A stretch of 64,000 nt of DNA. Source: Gemmatimonadota bacterium (GTDB lineage Bacteria > Gemmatimonadota > Gemmatimonadetes > Gemmatimonadales > GWC2-71-9). The stretch covers positions 128,001-192,000 of the forward strand of contig JBDHAB010000007.1 of assembly GCA_039588295.1 (NCBI GenBank). The letters run 5' to 3'. Below are positions 47,542 through 57,125 of this stretch, piece by piece. A program made the translations under genes and the position numbers. The notes under the pieces are model-generated. The model was not told where the DNA came from, did not search any database, and saw only the letters and a list, made by a program, of their open reading frames with translations. Each line of letters opens with the position of its first letter. Position 1 is the first letter of the stretch.

Positions 47542-50500
47542 ATGGCTGAGAACTCGAACGGCATGAATCGACGAAGATTCTTGAAGGTCCTCGGCGTAAC
47601 CGGTGGGGGCGCCGCCGCGCTGACCGGATGTTCCGGTGACGGCGCTCAGAAGCTCATTCCCTATATCGTCCCCCCCGACAATCAGATTCCGGGAATTGCA
47701 ACGTGGTACGCGTCCACCTGTCGCGAATGCCCGGCGGGATGCGGACTGCACGTGCGGGTGCGGGAGGGCCGCCCCGTCAAGCTCGAAGGCAATCCGGACC
47801 ACCCCGTGAACGGGGGCCGGCTGTGCGCTCGGGGGCAAGCGGGACTGCAGGGGCTGTACAACCCCGACCGCGTGCGCCAGCCCCTTGCACGAGCCTCGGA
47901 TGGGACGTTCGAGCCGATCTCGTGGGACGAGGCCATCGCGCGAATCACCGAAGGCGTGAACGCGGTGCCCGGTGATCAGATGCGGTTCATGACGGGCAGC
48001 GAAGCCGGTACGTTCGACCGCTTCGTGGACGACTGGCTCGCGGCGTTTGGCTCGACGGGTCGGATCAACTTCGAGCCGTTCGCATACGAGGCCCTCCGAC
48101 ATGCGAGCCGCTCCGTATTCGGGATCGATGCGCTGCCGCGATATGACTTAGCCTCGGCGCGATACGTGTTGTCGTTCGGGACCGACTTCCTCGAGACGTG
48201 GTCGAATCCGGTAGGGCAGGCACGCGCGTTCGGCGACTCACACGGCTTTCGCGACGGGGCCATGGGCAAGTTTGTCCATGTCGAGCCGCGAATGAGCATG
48301 ACGGCCATGAGTGCCGATGAGTGGATTGCCCCCGCCCCGGGTACCGAAGGGCTCATCGCCATGGCAATGGCGCGCGTCATTGTCCGCGACGGCTTAGCGA
48401 GTGTGCCATCCGATGTCGCGCGGCTGGAGTCGATCCTCGATCAGTTCGAGCCGGACTCGGTGGCCGCGCGGACTGATGTTCCGGCGGAAACGATCGAGCG
48501 TCTGGCGCGCGAGTTCGTGTCGGAACCGAGCGTCGCGCTCGCGGGCGGGGTGGGGTGCCAGCACGCGGAAGCGCATGGGACAGCGGCGGCAGTACTGCTG
48601 ATGAACTACGTTGCCGGTAACGTGGGGCGCACGGTCCAGTTTGCGACCGAGAGCGGTTCCGCCCCGGCCACGTATGCGGACGTTGTGGGCCTCGCGCAGA
48701 TGATGCGCGACGGCAGCGTCGGCGCACTTCTGGTGCATAGTGCCAATCCGGTGTACGCAACGCCGCCCGGATTGCGCTTCGTCGAGGCCATGCGGCAGGT
48801 GCCGTTCAAGGTCAGTTTCAGTCGGTTCCTCGATGAGACCGCGGCCGAGTGCGATCTCGTACTGCCGGACCACGATCCGCTGGAACAGTGGAACGATTCT
48901 GAGCCGATCCCGGGTGTGCACACGCTCCAACAGCCGGTGATGCAGCCGGTGTTCGAGACGCGTCAAACTGGAGACGTGCTGCTCACGGTGGCGCAGCAGG
49001 CCGGGGGTCGGGCGGCAACGCGGCTCGCCACGTCGACCTACAAGGAATATCTGGAAGCGGCGTGGCAGCGCCTGCAGCGTCGCCTGGGCGACCCGCGTCC
49101 GTTCGCGGCATTCTGGACCGAAGCCCTCCAGCGTGGCGGGGCGTGGCGCGAGGTGGGAACCCGTGCCGTGCGTCTCGCAACACCGATGGGCCGGTTTGGC
49201 GATGTCCTTCCGTGGGTCGCTCCTGCGGATGGCTTGGCGCTTGTGGCATACCCCTCGCCGGCGCTGTTCGACGGTCGCGGTGCGAACCGACCCTGGCTGC
49301 AGGAGCTGCCGGATCCGGTCACCAAGGTCACGTGGAGCACGTGGGTCGAGATCCACCCCGAGACCGCTGCGGAGTACCGGATTGCCGAGGGAGACATCGT
49401 CGAGCTCGCGTCGCAAGCGGGGTCGATTCGGGTCCCCGCGTATCTCTACCCGGGTATCAGACGAGACTGCGTGGCCGTGCCCATGGGACAGGGCCACACG
49501 GCGTTCGGGCGTTATGCGGAAGGTCGGGGCGCCAACGTGCTCAGCCTGTTGTCGGGTGAGCCCACGGCGTACGGTGGAGTGGCCACCTATACCGCGGTGA
49601 CGCTGCGTCACACTGGCGCGCACGAGCGGCTCGCCAAGACGGAGGGGCGACCGCGCCAGCTGGGGCGGGGCATCGCCCAGGCCATCGCGCTCGAGGAGCT
49701 CGTCCATGGCGAGCCGCACGAGGCACACGAAGGTCATGCCGCACCCGTCCCCGAGCACATCGAAGACGTACTCGACGAGTGGCAGGAGGGAGAGTTCCGC
49801 GAGACCGAGCAAGGTGACTACGCGGGCGAGCACCCTCGCTGGGCCATGGCCGTCGATCTCTCTCGCTGCACGGGCTGCAGTGCCTGTGTGACGGCGTGCC
49901 ACGCGGAGAACAACATTGCAACGGTTGGTGCCGAGCTTGTCAGCCGTGGACGCGAGATGTCGTGGCTCCGGATCGAGCGGTACTTCGAGGGTGGCGAGAA
50001 CGGTGTGCCGTTCGAAGCCCGCGTGGTTCCGATGATGTGCCAACATTGCGGGAACGCGCCGTGCGAGCCCGTGTGTCCGGTCTTCGCCGCGTATCACACG
50101 CCGGATGGGCTCAACGCACAGATCTACAACCGGTGCGTCGGCACGCGGTACTGCTCGAACAACTGCCCGTACAAGGTCCGATACTTCAACTGGTTCGACT
50201 ATCAGGACGAAGCGGATTCCACGTTTGCGTGGCCAGCCCCGCTCCATTGGCTGCTCAATCCCGACGTCACGGTTCGCGCGAAGGGTGTGATGGAGAAGTG
50301 CACCTTCTGTGTCCAGCGAATCCGGGACAAACAGCATGCGGCGACGCTTGCCGACCGCGAGCTGGCGGACGGTGAGGTGGTCACCGCGTGTCAGCAGACG
50401 TGTCCGGCCAACGCGATCGTGTTCGGTGATCTCCACGACCCCAACTCACAGGTGAGCCGAGCGGCACGCGATGCCCGGGGCTACCACGTGCTTGGCGACC

Positions 50501-50559
50501 TGAATACCCGACCGGCGATCACGTACCTGAAGAAGGTACGGAACATCGTGGAAGCCTAG
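47542..50559 (+). CDS. actB: Alternative complex III subunit B (molybdopterin-oxidoreductase-like domain plus Fe-S domain)
   Basis: Tat/lipoprotein signal NRRRFLK...LTGC, CTGCSACVTAC, CQHCGNAPCEPVC, CVGTRYCSNNCPY and EKCTFC. Confidence 0.93.
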   Translation: MAENSNGMNRRRFLKVLGVTGGGAAALTGCSGDGAQKLIPYIVPPDNQIPGIATWYASTCRECPAGCGLHVRVREGRPVKLEGNPDHPVNGGRLCARGQAGLQGLYNPDRVRQPLARASDGTFEPISWDEAIARITEGVNAVPGDQMRFMTGSEAGTFDRFVDDWLAAFGSTGRINFEPFAYEALRHASRSVFGIDALPRYDLASARYVLSFGTDFLETWSNPVGQARAFGDSHGFRDGAMGKFVHVEPRMSMTAMSADEWIAPAPGTEGLIAMAMARVIVRDGLASVPSDVARLESILDQFEPDSVAARTDVPAETIERLAREFVSEPSVALAGGVGCQHAEAHGTAAAVLLMNYVAGNVGRTVQFATESGSAPATYADVVGLAQMMRDGSVGALLVHSANPVYATPPGLRFVEAMRQVPFKVSFSRFLDETAAECDLVLPDHDPLEQWNDSEPIPGVHTLQQPVMQPVFETRQTGDVLLTVAQQAGGRAATRLATSTYKEYLEAAWQRLQRRLGDPRPFAAFWTEALQRGGAWREVGTRAVRLATPMGRFGDVLPWVAPADGLALVAYPSPALFDGRGANRPWLQELPDPVTKVTWSTWVEIHPETAAEYRIAEGDIVELASQAGSIRVPAYLYPGIRRDCVAVPMGQGHTAFGRYAEGRGANVLSLLSGEPTAYGGVATYTAVTLRHTGAHERLAKTEGRPRQLGRGIAQAIALEELVHGEPHEAHEGHAAPVPEHIEDVLDEWQEGEFRETEQGDYAGEHPRWAMAVDLSRCTGCSACVTACHAENNIATVGAELVSRGREMSWLRIERYFEGGENGVPFEARVVPMMCQHCGNAPCEPVCPVFAAYHTPDGLNAQIYNRCVGTRYCSNNCPYKVRYFNWFDYQDEADSTFAWPAPLHWLLNPDVTVRAKGVMEKCTFCVQRIRDKQHAATLADRELADGEVVTACQQTCPANAIVFGDLHDPNSQVSRAARDARGYHVLGDLNTRPAITYLKKVRNIVEA

Positions 50560-50566
50560 GACGGCG

Positions 50567-51916
50567 ATGACGACGCTCGTTCAGGAAGATCAACTCACCC
50601 GACCGACGTACCACGAGGTCACGCGTGACATTGTCGCGACGCTGGGCCGGCCGTCGCGCATGTACTATGTGCTGCTCGGGCTCGTCATCACGGTGTTTGC
50701 GATCGGTGTCGTCGCGCTCCTGTTTCAGGTCCGGTACGGACTGGGGGTGGCTGGCTATACCCCGCCCGTCATGTGGGGAGTGTACATCGCGACCTTCGTG
50801 TTCTGGGTTGGCATCGCGCACTCGGGCACGCTGATCTCTGCGATCCTGTATCTCTTCCGGTCGGCCTGGCGCACATCGGTGTACCGGACGGCCGAGGCGA
50901 TGACCGTATTCGCGGTGATGACGGCGGGGCTGTTCCCGCTGATTCACGTCGGTCGCATCTGGTATGCATACTGGCTGTTCCCGTATCCCAACCAGCGACA
51001 GCTGTGGGTGAACTTCAAGTCGCCGCTCCTGTGGGACGTGTTCGCCGTGTCGACCTACTTCACGGTGAGTACGCTATTTCTCATCGTGGGGCTGATTCCG
51101 GACTTGGCGGCGGTGCGGGAGAAAGCGACGGGGTGGCGGAAGAAGCTGTACGAGATCACCTCGTTGGGGTGGCGTGGCACGGACCAGCAATGGAGGCACT
51201 ACACGCGAGGCTACCTGTATCTGGCCGCCCTCGCAACGCCGTTGGTGCTCTCGGTCCACAGCGTCGTCTCGTGGGACTTCGCGATGTCAATCGTCCCCGG
51301 ATGGCACGCGACCATCTTCGCGCCGTACTTCGTGGCCGGGGCGATCTACTCAGGCGTGGCGATGGTCGTCACGCTGCTCGTACCACTTCGAAAAGTGTTC
51401 AAGGTCGAGCGATACATCACGGTCGAGCACTTCGAGAATCTCGCCAAGTTGCTGCTCCTGACCGGGCTGATCGTGGGCTATGCCTACGCGATCGAGTATT
51501 TCATCGCATGGTACAGCGGCAGTCCGTACGAACGCGCCTCGTTCTGGAACCGAGCGTTCGGAGAGTACTGGTGGGCGACGTGGACGATGATCACGTGCAA
51601 CGGCTTTCTGCCGCTCCTGCTGTTCTCCCGAAAGATCCGGCGTAGCATTCCGGCGATGTTTGTCTTGTCGCTCTTTGTGAACCTGGGGATGTGGTTTGAA
51701 CGATTCGTGATCATCGTGGTCTCGTTGTCGTTTGAATACGAGCCGTACGCCATGGGCCATTACACGCCGTCCTGGGTTGAATGGGCGATTCTGGCCGGAA
51801 GCTTCGCGTGGTTCTTCATGTGGTTCCTCCTGTTCGCGAAGAACTTCCCGACGGTCTCGATTACCGAGGTGAAGGAAATCATTCCGATGCCGCGGAAAGA
51901 GAGGGCCCACGCATGA
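50567..51916 (+). CDS. actC: Alternative complex III quinol-binding subunit (NrfD family)
   Basis: FVFWVGIAHSGTLISA, HVGR, SPLLWDVFAVSTY, SVHSVVSWDF and WFERFVII. Confidence 0.95.
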   Translation: MTTLVQEDQLTRPTYHEVTRDIVATLGRPSRMYYVLLGLVITVFAIGVVALLFQVRYGLGVAGYTPPVMWGVYIATFVFWVGIAHSGTLISAILYLFRSAWRTSVYRTAEAMTVFAVMTAGLFPLIHVGRIWYAYWLFPYPNQRQLWVNFKSPLLWDVFAVSTYFTVSTLFLIVGLIPDLAAVREKATGWRKKLYEITSLGWRGTDQQWRHYTRGYLYLAALATPLVLSVHSVVSWDFAMSIVPGWHATIFAPYFVAGAIYSGVAMVVTLLVPLRKVFKVERYITVEHFENLAKLLLLTGLIVGYAYAIEYFIAWYSGSPYERASFWNRAFGEYWWATWTMITCNGFLPLLLFSRKIRRSIPAMFVLSLFVNLGMWFERFVIIVVSLSFEYEPYAMGHYTPSWVEWAILAGSFAWFFMWFLLFAKNFPTVSITEVKEIIPMPRKERAHA

Positions 51917-52419
51917 GTGCCGGTGCAGGTGGGATCCTCGCGTCGTATGTCCACGTCGACGCCGCAGCTGATGCAATTCGCGCACTGAAGGCGAAGGGGT
52001 ATCGCGACTTCACCGTCTACACGCCGGTCCCGAACGTCGAGATCGCGCAGGCGGTGCGGCACCGCGTGAGTCCCGTCAGACTGTGGACTTTGCTCGGCGG
52101 CCTCACGGGATGCGCCGCGGGCTTCGCGCTCACACTGTGGATGTCGTACGATTGGCCGCTCGTCGTCGGCGGGAGACCAATCGGATCGGTGATACCCTAC
52201 GTAGTGATTGCGTTCGAGCTAACGATCTTGTTCGGCGCCGGCGCTACGATCTTGGGTCTGCTGTTTCACAGCTGGCGGACGAAACAGACGGGCCCGTACG
52301 ATGGGCGGTTCACGGATGACCACATCGGCATCTTTGTTCCGTGCCCGGTCGAGCGCCGGCCCGATGTCGAGGAGTTGTTGCAGGCTTCGGGGGCGGAGGA
52401 GGTGCGGGTTGAGACGTAA
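51913..52419 (+). CDS. actD: Alternative complex III subunit D (DUF3341)
   Basis: YTPVP, DWPLVVGGRP, FELTIL and RFTDDHIG; position in the operon. Confidence 0.9.
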   Translation: MSAGAGGILASYVHVDAAADAIRALKAKGYRDFTVYTPVPNVEIAQAVRHRVSPVRLWTLLGGLTGCAAGFALTLWMSYDWPLVVGGRPIGSVIPYVVIAFELTILFGAGATILGLLFHSWRTKQTGPYDGRFTDDHIGIFVPCPVERRPDVEELLQASGAEEVRVET

Positions 52420-52960
52420 GGCACTCGCCGTTCTGTCGACGCTCGTCGTGTTGGTGGGGTGCACTCGGGAACAATGGCACCGATTTCCCAGCCCGGACGA
52501 CGCGATCGCGGCTGTGCCATGGTTCGCCGTCATGCATCGGGGGATCGCGATTCAGCCGTACAAGATGCCGTTGCAGCCAGCCGCAGGCGCCGTGCCCGTG
52601 TCGGGCATCGAGGTCGTGCCGCCGGCCGTACCGCAGAATCGAGCCGTGCTCGACGACCTGGCCAATCCGATGCAGCTGACGGCTTCCTCGATCGAACGCG
52701 GCAGGGAACGCTACGACATCTACTGCGGCGTGTGCCACGGTGCCGAAGGCTTCGGCGACGGGCCCGTTGCGGCGGCGCTGGCCAACTCGGTGCGGGATCT
52801 GACCGATGAGCGCGTGCTCGATGCGTCCGATGGCTGGATCTACGCCGTGATCGTGAACGGCTTCGGGGCGTTGATGCCGGCGTACGGCAGTAGAATCTCG
52901 ACCGACGATCGGTGGCACATTGTGAACTACGTGCGGGTGCTGCGGGGAGGCGGCCGGTGA
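52409..52960 (+). CDS. actE: Alternative complex III monoheme cytochrome c lipoprotein
   Basis: TTG start, lipobox LVGC, YCGVCHG, MPAY and DRWHIVNYVR. Confidence 0.9.
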   Translation: MRRKALAVLSTLVVLVGCTREQWHRFPSPDDAIAAVPWFAVMHRGIAIQPYKMPLQPAAGAVPVSGIEVVPPAVPQNRAVLDDLANPMQLTASSIERGRERYDIYCGVCHGAEGFGDGPVAAALANSVRDLTDERVLDASDGWIYAVIVNGFGALMPAYGSRISTDDRWHIVNYVRVLRGGGR

Positions 52961-54213
52961 GCGCCCAGAAGGCCTACGCGGAGATATACCGGCGAAGTGC
53001 GAACGCGCCGACGGGTGGCCTGCTCGCCCTGGGGGCGATCCTGGCTGTTCTCGGTCTCGGAACGTTCGTGATGTTGGCGTTGGGGGACGATCCTGGCCGT
53101 GCGTGGCGGATGTTCCTCATCAACTTCCTGTTCTTCATCGGGATTGCCCAGGGCGCGGTCGTGTTCGCTGCCACACAGAAGATCACCAAAGGCAGGTGGG
53201 CTGGACCGATCATTCGGTTCGCCGAGGCCGCGGTGCTGTTCCTGCCGGTCGCCCTGGTGTGCTTCCTGGTCGTCTTTCTGGGACGCGAGCACCTGTTTCC
53301 GTGGATTGAGCACCCCACGCCAATCCGGGGCAAGTGGCTCACGGTGTCATGGGTGTTCTGGCGGAATCTCATTGCGCTGCTGGTGCTCACCGGAGTGACC
53401 GTCGCGTTCGTGTACCACGACCTCAAGCCCGATGTGGCGGCGCTGAAAGAGCACGTGTCGGGCTGGCGACGACGCTTGTATGAGCGCATCGCAGGAGACT
53501 ACGTCGGAACGCCGGAGCAGCTGACCCAGATTGAGCGACGACTGAATTGGCTGGCGCCCGTGGTGTGCATCGCGTATGCCTACGTCTTCACGCTCCTCGC
53601 GTTCGACCTCATCATGTCGTTGGCCCCCTATTGGCTGAGCAACCTGTTTGGCGCGTTCTTCTTCATGGGTGCGCTGCTCACTGGGCTCACCATGCTTGGC
53701 TTGATGACCATGTTCTGGCGACGACGCCTCGGTATGACCGAGGTCATTGGCCGAGAGCAGTTCCACGACCTGGGCAAGCTCGTGTTCGGGTTCTCGGTCT
53801 TTTGGGCCTACCTGATGTTCAGCCAGCTGCTCGTGATCTGGTACGGAAACCTGCGGGAGGAGACCTCGTTCGTGTTCTACCGGCTGTGGGGAGACTGGCA
53901 GCCGATCGCGATCCTGGTCGGACTCATGGTGTTCTTGATTCCGTTTTGGGGTCTCATCTGGGTCAAGTCCAAGATCACCCCGGTGACGTTTACACTGTTC
54001 GTCAGCATCAGCCTCGCCGGTGTCTGGCTCGAGCGGTACCTCCTCGTCCAGCCGTCACTCACGGAGCATGGCCCCACGATCGGGTTGCCGGAAATCGCGA
54101 TCTCGCTGGGGTTTGTCGGTCTCTTCCTCCTGGCGTACGGATTCTTCGCCCACGCGTTTCCAATGGTGAGTCCTCGGCTCCTCGCCAAGGCCGAAGCCAC
54201 GGGCCACCACTGA
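52957..54213 (+). CDS. actF: Alternative complex III subunit F (membrane, NrfD-like)
   Basis: DLIMSLAPYWLSNLFG, HDLGKL and FSQLLVIWYGNLREE. Confidence 0.92.
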   Translation: MSAQKAYAEIYRRSANAPTGGLLALGAILAVLGLGTFVMLALGDDPGRAWRMFLINFLFFIGIAQGAVVFAATQKITKGRWAGPIIRFAEAAVLFLPVALVCFLVVFLGREHLFPWIEHPTPIRGKWLTVSWVFWRNLIALLVLTGVTVAFVYHDLKPDVAALKEHVSGWRRRLYERIAGDYVGTPEQLTQIERRLNWLAPVVCIAYAYVFTLLAFDLIMSLAPYWLSNLFGAFFFMGALLTGLTMLGLMTMFWRRRLGMTEVIGREQFHDLGKLVFGFSVFWAYLMFSQLLVIWYGNLREETSFVFYRLWGDWQPIAILVGLMVFLIPFWGLIWVKSKITPVTFTLFVSISLAGVWLERYLLVQPSLTEHGPTIGLPEIAISLGFVGLFLLAYGFFAHAFPMVSPRLLAKAEATGHH

Positions 54214-54240
54214 GCGGGCGGGAGCGCGCAGCGGGCATGG

Positions 54241-54264
54241 GGGGTCTTCCGGGACCCCTCTTTC
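54241..54264 (+). terminator. Probable intrinsic terminator after actF
   Basis: GGGGTC-TTCCGG-GACCCC stem-loop followed by TCTTTC. Confidence 0.6.
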
Positions 54265-54423
54265 ATGCGGTTGCGCGCCGGACCTCTTCATTTGTGCGTA
54301 GGCCGCTGGCTACATTGCGCTGATCGCTGTGGGATCGTACAGCGTCGGAACTGGTGACTGACTGGGGGCTGTCTTGCGTGACCGGCGAACGGTGAACCCA
54401 GTACAGCACGACGCGTGGGCGTC

Positions 54424-55452
54424 ATGAAAGAACGCGGTGCCGTGTGGCGAGCGGCCCAGATGCTCGCGACGGCGGGCGGTGACGCCGCGGTGGCCACCGT
54501 ATCCCGGCAGCGGGGCTCCCTGCCGATGGCGCGGGATGCGAAGCTGGTCGTCGCTGCGGACGGTCGGCGTTGGGGTACCATCGGTGGTGGCTGCACCGAG
54601 GCGGAAGTCACGGAGCAGGCCCTGGACACGGCGCGTCAGGCACAGCCGGTCGTGGTGCAGCACACGCTGAATGCCGACGTGGCGGGGGACGTTGGTCTGT
54701 CGTGCGGTGGAACCGTGGAGCTGGTGTTGGAGCCCGTCGTGCGATCCGACGACATGGCGCGGCTCTATGGTGCAATCGCCGACGCGGTGGAGCAACGGAT
54801 ACCGGCGATGGTGTGTACCGCGCTCGACTGGAGCACGGGCCCCTCCAAGAGCGCCCGCGTTGGCGACACACTCGTCCAGGCCGGCGTTCCGCTGCCGCCG
54901 GGTGGCGACAGCGTTACGACCAGGGAGCAGACGGCCTATATCGACCGCGCGCAGGGTCTGCTCGTCGAGCCCGTGCCGCGTCTCCCACGTGTCATCATCT
55001 TCGGCGCGGGCCACGTAGGGGCGGAGATTGCCAAGGTGGCGGCCGGGGCGGGCTTCTACGTCGTCGTCACGGACGATCGGGCGGAATTCGCGAATGAACA
55101 GCGGGTGCCGGCCGCCGACGAGGTGTGCGTCGAGGACTTCCGTGTGTTCCTGGACCGAAGTGTTCTGGATGAGGACGACTACGTGTTGGCCACGACCCGC
55201 GGTCACAGCTTCGATGCCTACATCATCGAGCGAACCGCTGGCACCAGGGCCCGCTACGTAGGCATGCTGGGCAGTAGACGCAAGAAAGAGGTGATCTTTC
55301 GCGCGCTCGAGGAAGCTGGTGTGCCGCGCGACGCACTCGAACGGGTTCGCGTGCCGATCGGTGAACCGATCGGTGCGGACACGCCCGCGGAGATCGCCGT
55401 CTCCGTCGTGGCAGAACTGATCCGGATACGACGGCTAGGGGATTCGGCGTAG
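54424..55452 (+). CDS. xdhC: XdhC/CoxI family molybdenum-cofactor chaperone
   Basis: GTIGGGCTE, CGG, IFGAGHVG, DDRAEFAN, TRGH, YVGMLGSRRK and PIG...TPAEIAVSVVAELI. Confidence 0.9.
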   Translation: MKERGAVWRAAQMLATAGGDAAVATVSRQRGSLPMARDAKLVVAADGRRWGTIGGGCTEAEVTEQALDTARQAQPVVVQHTLNADVAGDVGLSCGGTVELVLEPVVRSDDMARLYGAIADAVEQRIPAMVCTALDWSTGPSKSARVGDTLVQAGVPLPPGGDSVTTREQTAYIDRAQGLLVEPVPRLPRVIIFGAGHVGAEIAKVAAGAGFYVVVTDDRAEFANEQRVPAADEVCVEDFRVFLDRSVLDEDDYVLATTRGHSFDAYIIERTAGTRARYVGMLGSRRKKEVIFRALEEAGVPRDALERVRVPIGEPIGADTPAEIAVSVVAELIRIRRLGDSA

Positions 55453-56628
55453 CAGCGCCTGCAACGAGTCCGCCAGGGTGCGAGCGCGGAGGATCAGCAG
55501 ATACCCATCCCTCGCTTCGGCAACCATCTGCCGAACGGGCGGGGTATCGCGGTCGCCGACCTGCTGCCGGTAATCCCCGAGTTCCGCGACGCTCGGCACG
55601 CCCTCCTCCTGCCGCCACTGTACGATCTCGAGCGTGTCGCCGGACGGCAGGGTCTGCTCGGTGCGCACCGCTTCCGTGCCCGCGACGGTGCCGAGTGAAA
55701 TGCGGAGCACCGCCAGGTCGTCGACCAGTGCGAGTCGCCCGCCAAGATGGCGTTCGGCCTCTTCGCGGCCCGCGTCCTGCCACGTGACACCCGCGAACGA
55801 CTGCTGCAACTGACGGAGCGCCGCCACGCGCTGTTGCTCTTGGAGGGCCTCGCCGACGTCCACCCGCGCACGCCGCTCGAGCGCGTCGAGTTCTCGCGGC
55901 GCGACGGCGGCCGAGTCCGCAGCAATCTGGACGACTCCACTCACTTCGTTGGCGATCGCGGGTTCGGCGGCGGCAGGTGGAGCTTGGGCCGGAATGTTCG
56001 GCCGCTCCACCTCGGCCGGGGCGAGTCGCCCGGCCATGGGGTCCTGCGCCTTCGCTTCCGGTGACGGCTCCGCTGCCGCCACACTCCGCCGAGCTTCCCG
56101 TGCGCCCCGCCCCTCGGGGCCGGGGACGGTCGCCGGCGTGTCTTCGGCGGCGATCTCCGAGCGAGCCGCGACGCCGCCGGCGATGCGGTTGGCCTCCTCG
56201 GCCTCCAGCGCTACCGTGGCAGCGGGCTGACTCGGTGTCACCGGCTGGCGCTCCCCGAACGAGAGCGAGCCTCGAGCGATCCATCCGACGCCGACGGCCA
56301 GCACGACGGTCGCCGCCCAGCCCACGGCGGTGAGACGGTTCACGGTGAGCACTCGGCGCCGGGTTTGCTGCGCGCTCGATCGGGCGACGAGTGCTTCGAA
56401 GGGCGGGTGGTCGATCTGCGCCGGACCGGATCCGTGCAGCACCGCCGCCGCCTGCCGGCGCAACTGGCGGACCTCGTCGAGCCGACGGCGGCATGCCTCG
56501 CATGCGGCGAGATGAGCCTCGACCTGCTGCCATTGAGGGCCGTCGGCCGTCGCAGGTGCCTCAGCACGGGTCGGCCGCTCGAGGCGGTCGAGGTACTCGT
56601 GCAGCTGGCCTTCATCCACGTGCGACAT
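55435..56628 (-). CDS. Zinc-binding anti-sigma factor (zf-HC2) with TM and periplasmic domain
   Basis: HVDEGQLHEYLD...HLAACEAC (HxxxCxxC) and TM WAATVVLAVGVGW. Coupled to the sigma gene. Confidence 0.88.
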   Translation of the reverse strand: MSHVDEGQLHEYLDRLERPTRAEAPATADGPQWQQVEAHLAACEACRRRLDEVRQLRRQAAAVLHGSGPAQIDHPPFEALVARSSAQQTRRRVLTVNRLTAVGWAATVVLAVGVGWIARGSLSFGERQPVTPSQPAATVALEAEEANRIAGGVAARSEIAAEDTPATVPGPEGRGAREARRSVAAAEPSPEAKAQDPMAGRLAPAEVERPNIPAQAPPAAAEPAIANEVSGVVQIAADSAAVAPRELDALERRARVDVGEALQEQQRVAALRQLQQSFAGVTWQDAGREEAERHLGGRLALVDDLAVLRISLGTVAGTEAVRTEQTLPSGDTLEIVQWRQEEGVPSVAELGDYRQQVGDRDTPPVRQMVAEARDGYLLILRARTLADSLQALLRRIP

Positions 56629-57115
56629 CTCTCGCCTCCATCGAATCATGCGCCGCCACGAGGCGACGTCGAGCGCGCGCCAGGGTCGTACCGATCCCGC
56701 CTACGGCAAGCCCGGTCTGCTCGGCGATCTCTTCGTAGTTCAGTCCGGCATCCCACAGCAGGAGTACCTCGCGGTCGCGGTCACTCAACTGTGCCAACGC
56801 TCGTTGCACCGCCTCCATGCGCTGCTCGTGTTCCAACGCCGTGGCGGGATCGTCGACCACGCACTCGGCGGCCTCGACCTTGATCAGGGTGAGATGCTTC
56901 CGACGACGGATGGCCGCCCGAGCCTCGTCCCGTGCGAGGTTGCCGGCCACGGTGAAGAGCCACGCGCGTGGGTTCTCGGGCTCATGATCTAGAGCGCGCA
57001 CGAACGCCTCCTGTGCCAGGTCTTGGGCCCGGTCCGCATCCCACACCTTACGGTGAAGGAAGCGGACCAGGTCCTCGTACGTCTCTCCGTACACTGCTGC
57101 CCAGTCGACGCTCAC
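56612..57115 (-). CDS. ECF (sigma-70 group 4) RNA polymerase sigma factor
   Basis: Region 2 AQDLAQEAF...AWLFTVAGN; region 4 LSDRDREVLLL...YEEIAE...TTLARARRRL. Confidence 0.93.
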   Translation of the reverse strand: MSVDWAAVYGETYEDLVRFLHRKVWDADRAQDLAQEAFVRALDHEPENPRAWLFTVAGNLARDEARAAIRRRKHLTLIKVEAAECVVDDPATALEHEQRMEAVQRALAQLSDRDREVLLLWDAGLNYEEIAEQTGLAVGGIGTTLARARRRLVAAHDSMEARDVARG

Positions 57116-57125
57116 AGAGTGCAGT

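Noticed and set aside
48394..50436. 680-aa antisense ORF inside actB, and similar long antisense ORFs (33894-35426, 6311-7726, 16928-18310)
   Set aside because: These mirror well-supported genes, have no recognisable motifs, and are expected from stop-codon scarcity in high-GC DNA.
54265..54423. Possible Moco riboswitch upstream of xdhC
   Set aside because: I could not identify the conserved Moco-RNA hairpins or tetraloop elements. A covariance-model search would be needed.
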